From an uncultured Verrucomicrobiota bacterium (lineage in GTDB: Bacteria > Verrucomicrobiota > Verrucomicrobiia > Limisphaerales > UBA8199), in contig OW818681.1 of NCBI GenBank assembly GCA_942493075.1, forward strand, positions 4,156,964 to 4,188,963: 32,000 nt of DNA. Reading direction: 5' to 3'. The stretch's first letter is position 1. The number at the start of each line of letters is the position of its first letter. The notes beneath the pieces were generated by a model that had not been told where the DNA came from, searched no databases, and saw nothing but the letters and a program-made list of their open reading frames with translations. A program made the position numbers and the translations under genes. Positions 31,089 to 32,000 of this stretch are shown here, one piece after another.

Positions 31089-31976
31089 ATGACATTGATT
31101 GAACGACAGGCGCCGAGCCATTGGTATCTGAGGGATGGACGGCCTTTTCATGAAATTGCGAATGCCAGTGGCACTGGCAATAGACCGGTGACGCTGCGGG
31201 ACGCGCGGAAGGTGATGGCGTTTCCGAGTGTAACGAATGTGCTTGGGGTGCTGGCCAAGCCTGGCTTGGACGCGTGGAAGATCGAGCAAGGAATCATGGC
31301 GGCGTTGACGCTGCCGCGCGTTCCGGATGAGCCGCTGGATGTTTTCGCGCGTCGGGTGGTGGACGACATGGGTGAGCAGGTAGAGAAAGCCGCCGACTTC
31401 GGGACGGCGATTCACAATGCCTGTGAGGTGTACGCGCTCAACAAGCAGATGCCGACTGATCCGAAGCTGCGAGCGCATCTGGAGCCGTGGCGAAACTGGT
31501 TTGATGCGAACGTGGAACGGATCGGGTGCATTGAGCAGGTGTTCGTTCACTCCGAGCACGGCTATGCCGGGCGAGTGGACATGGTGGCACTTCTGAAGAG
31601 CGCCAGCGGCGGCGCTCCCTACTGGGCTGTGGTGGATTTCAAAACGCAGAAGGTGAAACGGTCTGCGAAGGGTGAGCCTAAGCCGGTGTTTTATGAGACC
31701 TGGCCGCTGCAATTGGAAGCGTATCGGCAAGCCGTGCTGGTGAGTGGAGCTAAGAATGTCACGGGGCTGGTGTCAGTTGTGATCGATAGCTCCGTGCCTG
31801 GGCCGGTGCATGTGAAGGTGTGGGGTGAAGGCCGGAAGTCTGAGAGCGGAGATCGGAGGTCAGAAACCGAAGAGTATTTCGGGGCGTTCAGGGCGGCGCT
31901 GGCATTGTGGAAATATGTGAAGGGGTATGACCCGGTGGATCCGCAATTGGGCTGCGGGAATCCGAGCCTGAATTAG
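31089..31976 (+). CDS. PD-(D/E)xK (RecB/Cas4-like, phage exonuclease-type) nuclease
   Basis: FGTAIHNACEVY (motif I), YAGRVDMVALL (Asp), WAVVDFKTQK (DxK) and LQLEAYRQAV (QxxxY). Confidence 0.7.
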   Translation: MTLIERQAPSHWYLRDGRPFHEIANASGTGNRPVTLRDARKVMAFPSVTNVLGVLAKPGLDAWKIEQGIMAALTLPRVPDEPLDVFARRVVDDMGEQVEKAADFGTAIHNACEVYALNKQMPTDPKLRAHLEPWRNWFDANVERIGCIEQVFVHSEHGYAGRVDMVALLKSASGGAPYWAVVDFKTQKVKRSAKGEPKPVFYETWPLQLEAYRQAVLVSGAKNVTGLVSVVIDSSVPGPVHVKVWGEGRKSESGDRRSETEEYFGAFRAALALWKYVKGYDPVDPQLGCGNPSLN

Positions 31977-32000
31977 CGAACGCGGTGGCGCGGCCCGACA

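Larger units (their letters stand above)
22650..32000. mobile_element. Probable segment of an integrated mobile element (prophage or ICE-like), boundaries not defined
   Basis: Gene content: RadC-like protein, Xis-like HTH, RuvC-like resolvase, SSB-like protein, PD-(D/E)xK exonuclease and many orphans, with dense repeat blocks. No integrase, att site, relaxase or capsid genes fall inside the window, so the call is contextual. Confidence 0.45.

Noticed and set aside
31068-31730. 220-aa minus-strand ORF
   Set aside because: It is an antisense shadow of the PD-(D/E)xK nuclease CDS, which has clear catalytic motifs on the + strand.

Overview
This is 32 kb of GC-rich bacterial DNA with dense coding. 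I found no rRNA, tRNA or CRISPR array. All functional calls come from motif recognition by eye; no database or folding software was available.

Left two thirds (97-21440): all genes are on the minus strand and the region reads as an accessory or defence-type island.
- 97-8097: four translationally coupled genes. They encode an XRE HTH protein, a UvrD-like helicase, a Cas4/RecB-type 4-Cys PD-(D/E)xK nuclease, and a 1531-aa sacsin-type GHKL ATPase with a DUF3883-like C-terminus.
- 8185-10050: a lower-GC 621-aa orphan with an N-terminal PD..DxK motif. It ends at an intrinsic terminator. Just upstream lies a 59-codon relic of a second HerA 3' end (10075-10254).
- 10251-15776: an operon encoding a DUF6884::TGT (DpdA-like) fusion, NurA, HerA and a 102-aa ORF.
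- 15992-18053: three lower-GC orphan genes.
- 18298-21440: a tightly packed five-gene GTP-to-preQ1 operon (queF-queC-queE-queD-folE2). It is divergent from a WYL-domain regulator (21681-22649).

Lead candidate for a new system: the DpdA-like/NurA/HerA operon together with the nearby deazaguanine precursor operon. This would be a non-canonical 7-deazaguanine DNA modification or restriction module, because no DpdB or DpdC equivalents are present. The helicase/nuclease/GHKL module is a second, possibly cooperating, candidate.

Right third (about 22.65-32 kb): this looks like part of an integrated mobile element. It carries a RadC-like JAB protein, an Xis-like HTH, a RuvC-like resolvase, a PD-(D/E)xK exonuclease and several orphans. 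Two unusual features stand out here:
- Orientation-locked heptamer and octamer micro-arrays (NGTTGAR, RAAGGCT, CAGTGCGN, ACGGAC-type). Some sit in frame inside genes and some supply stop codons.
- A hand-folded ~211-nt near-continuous hairpin that abuts a start codon.
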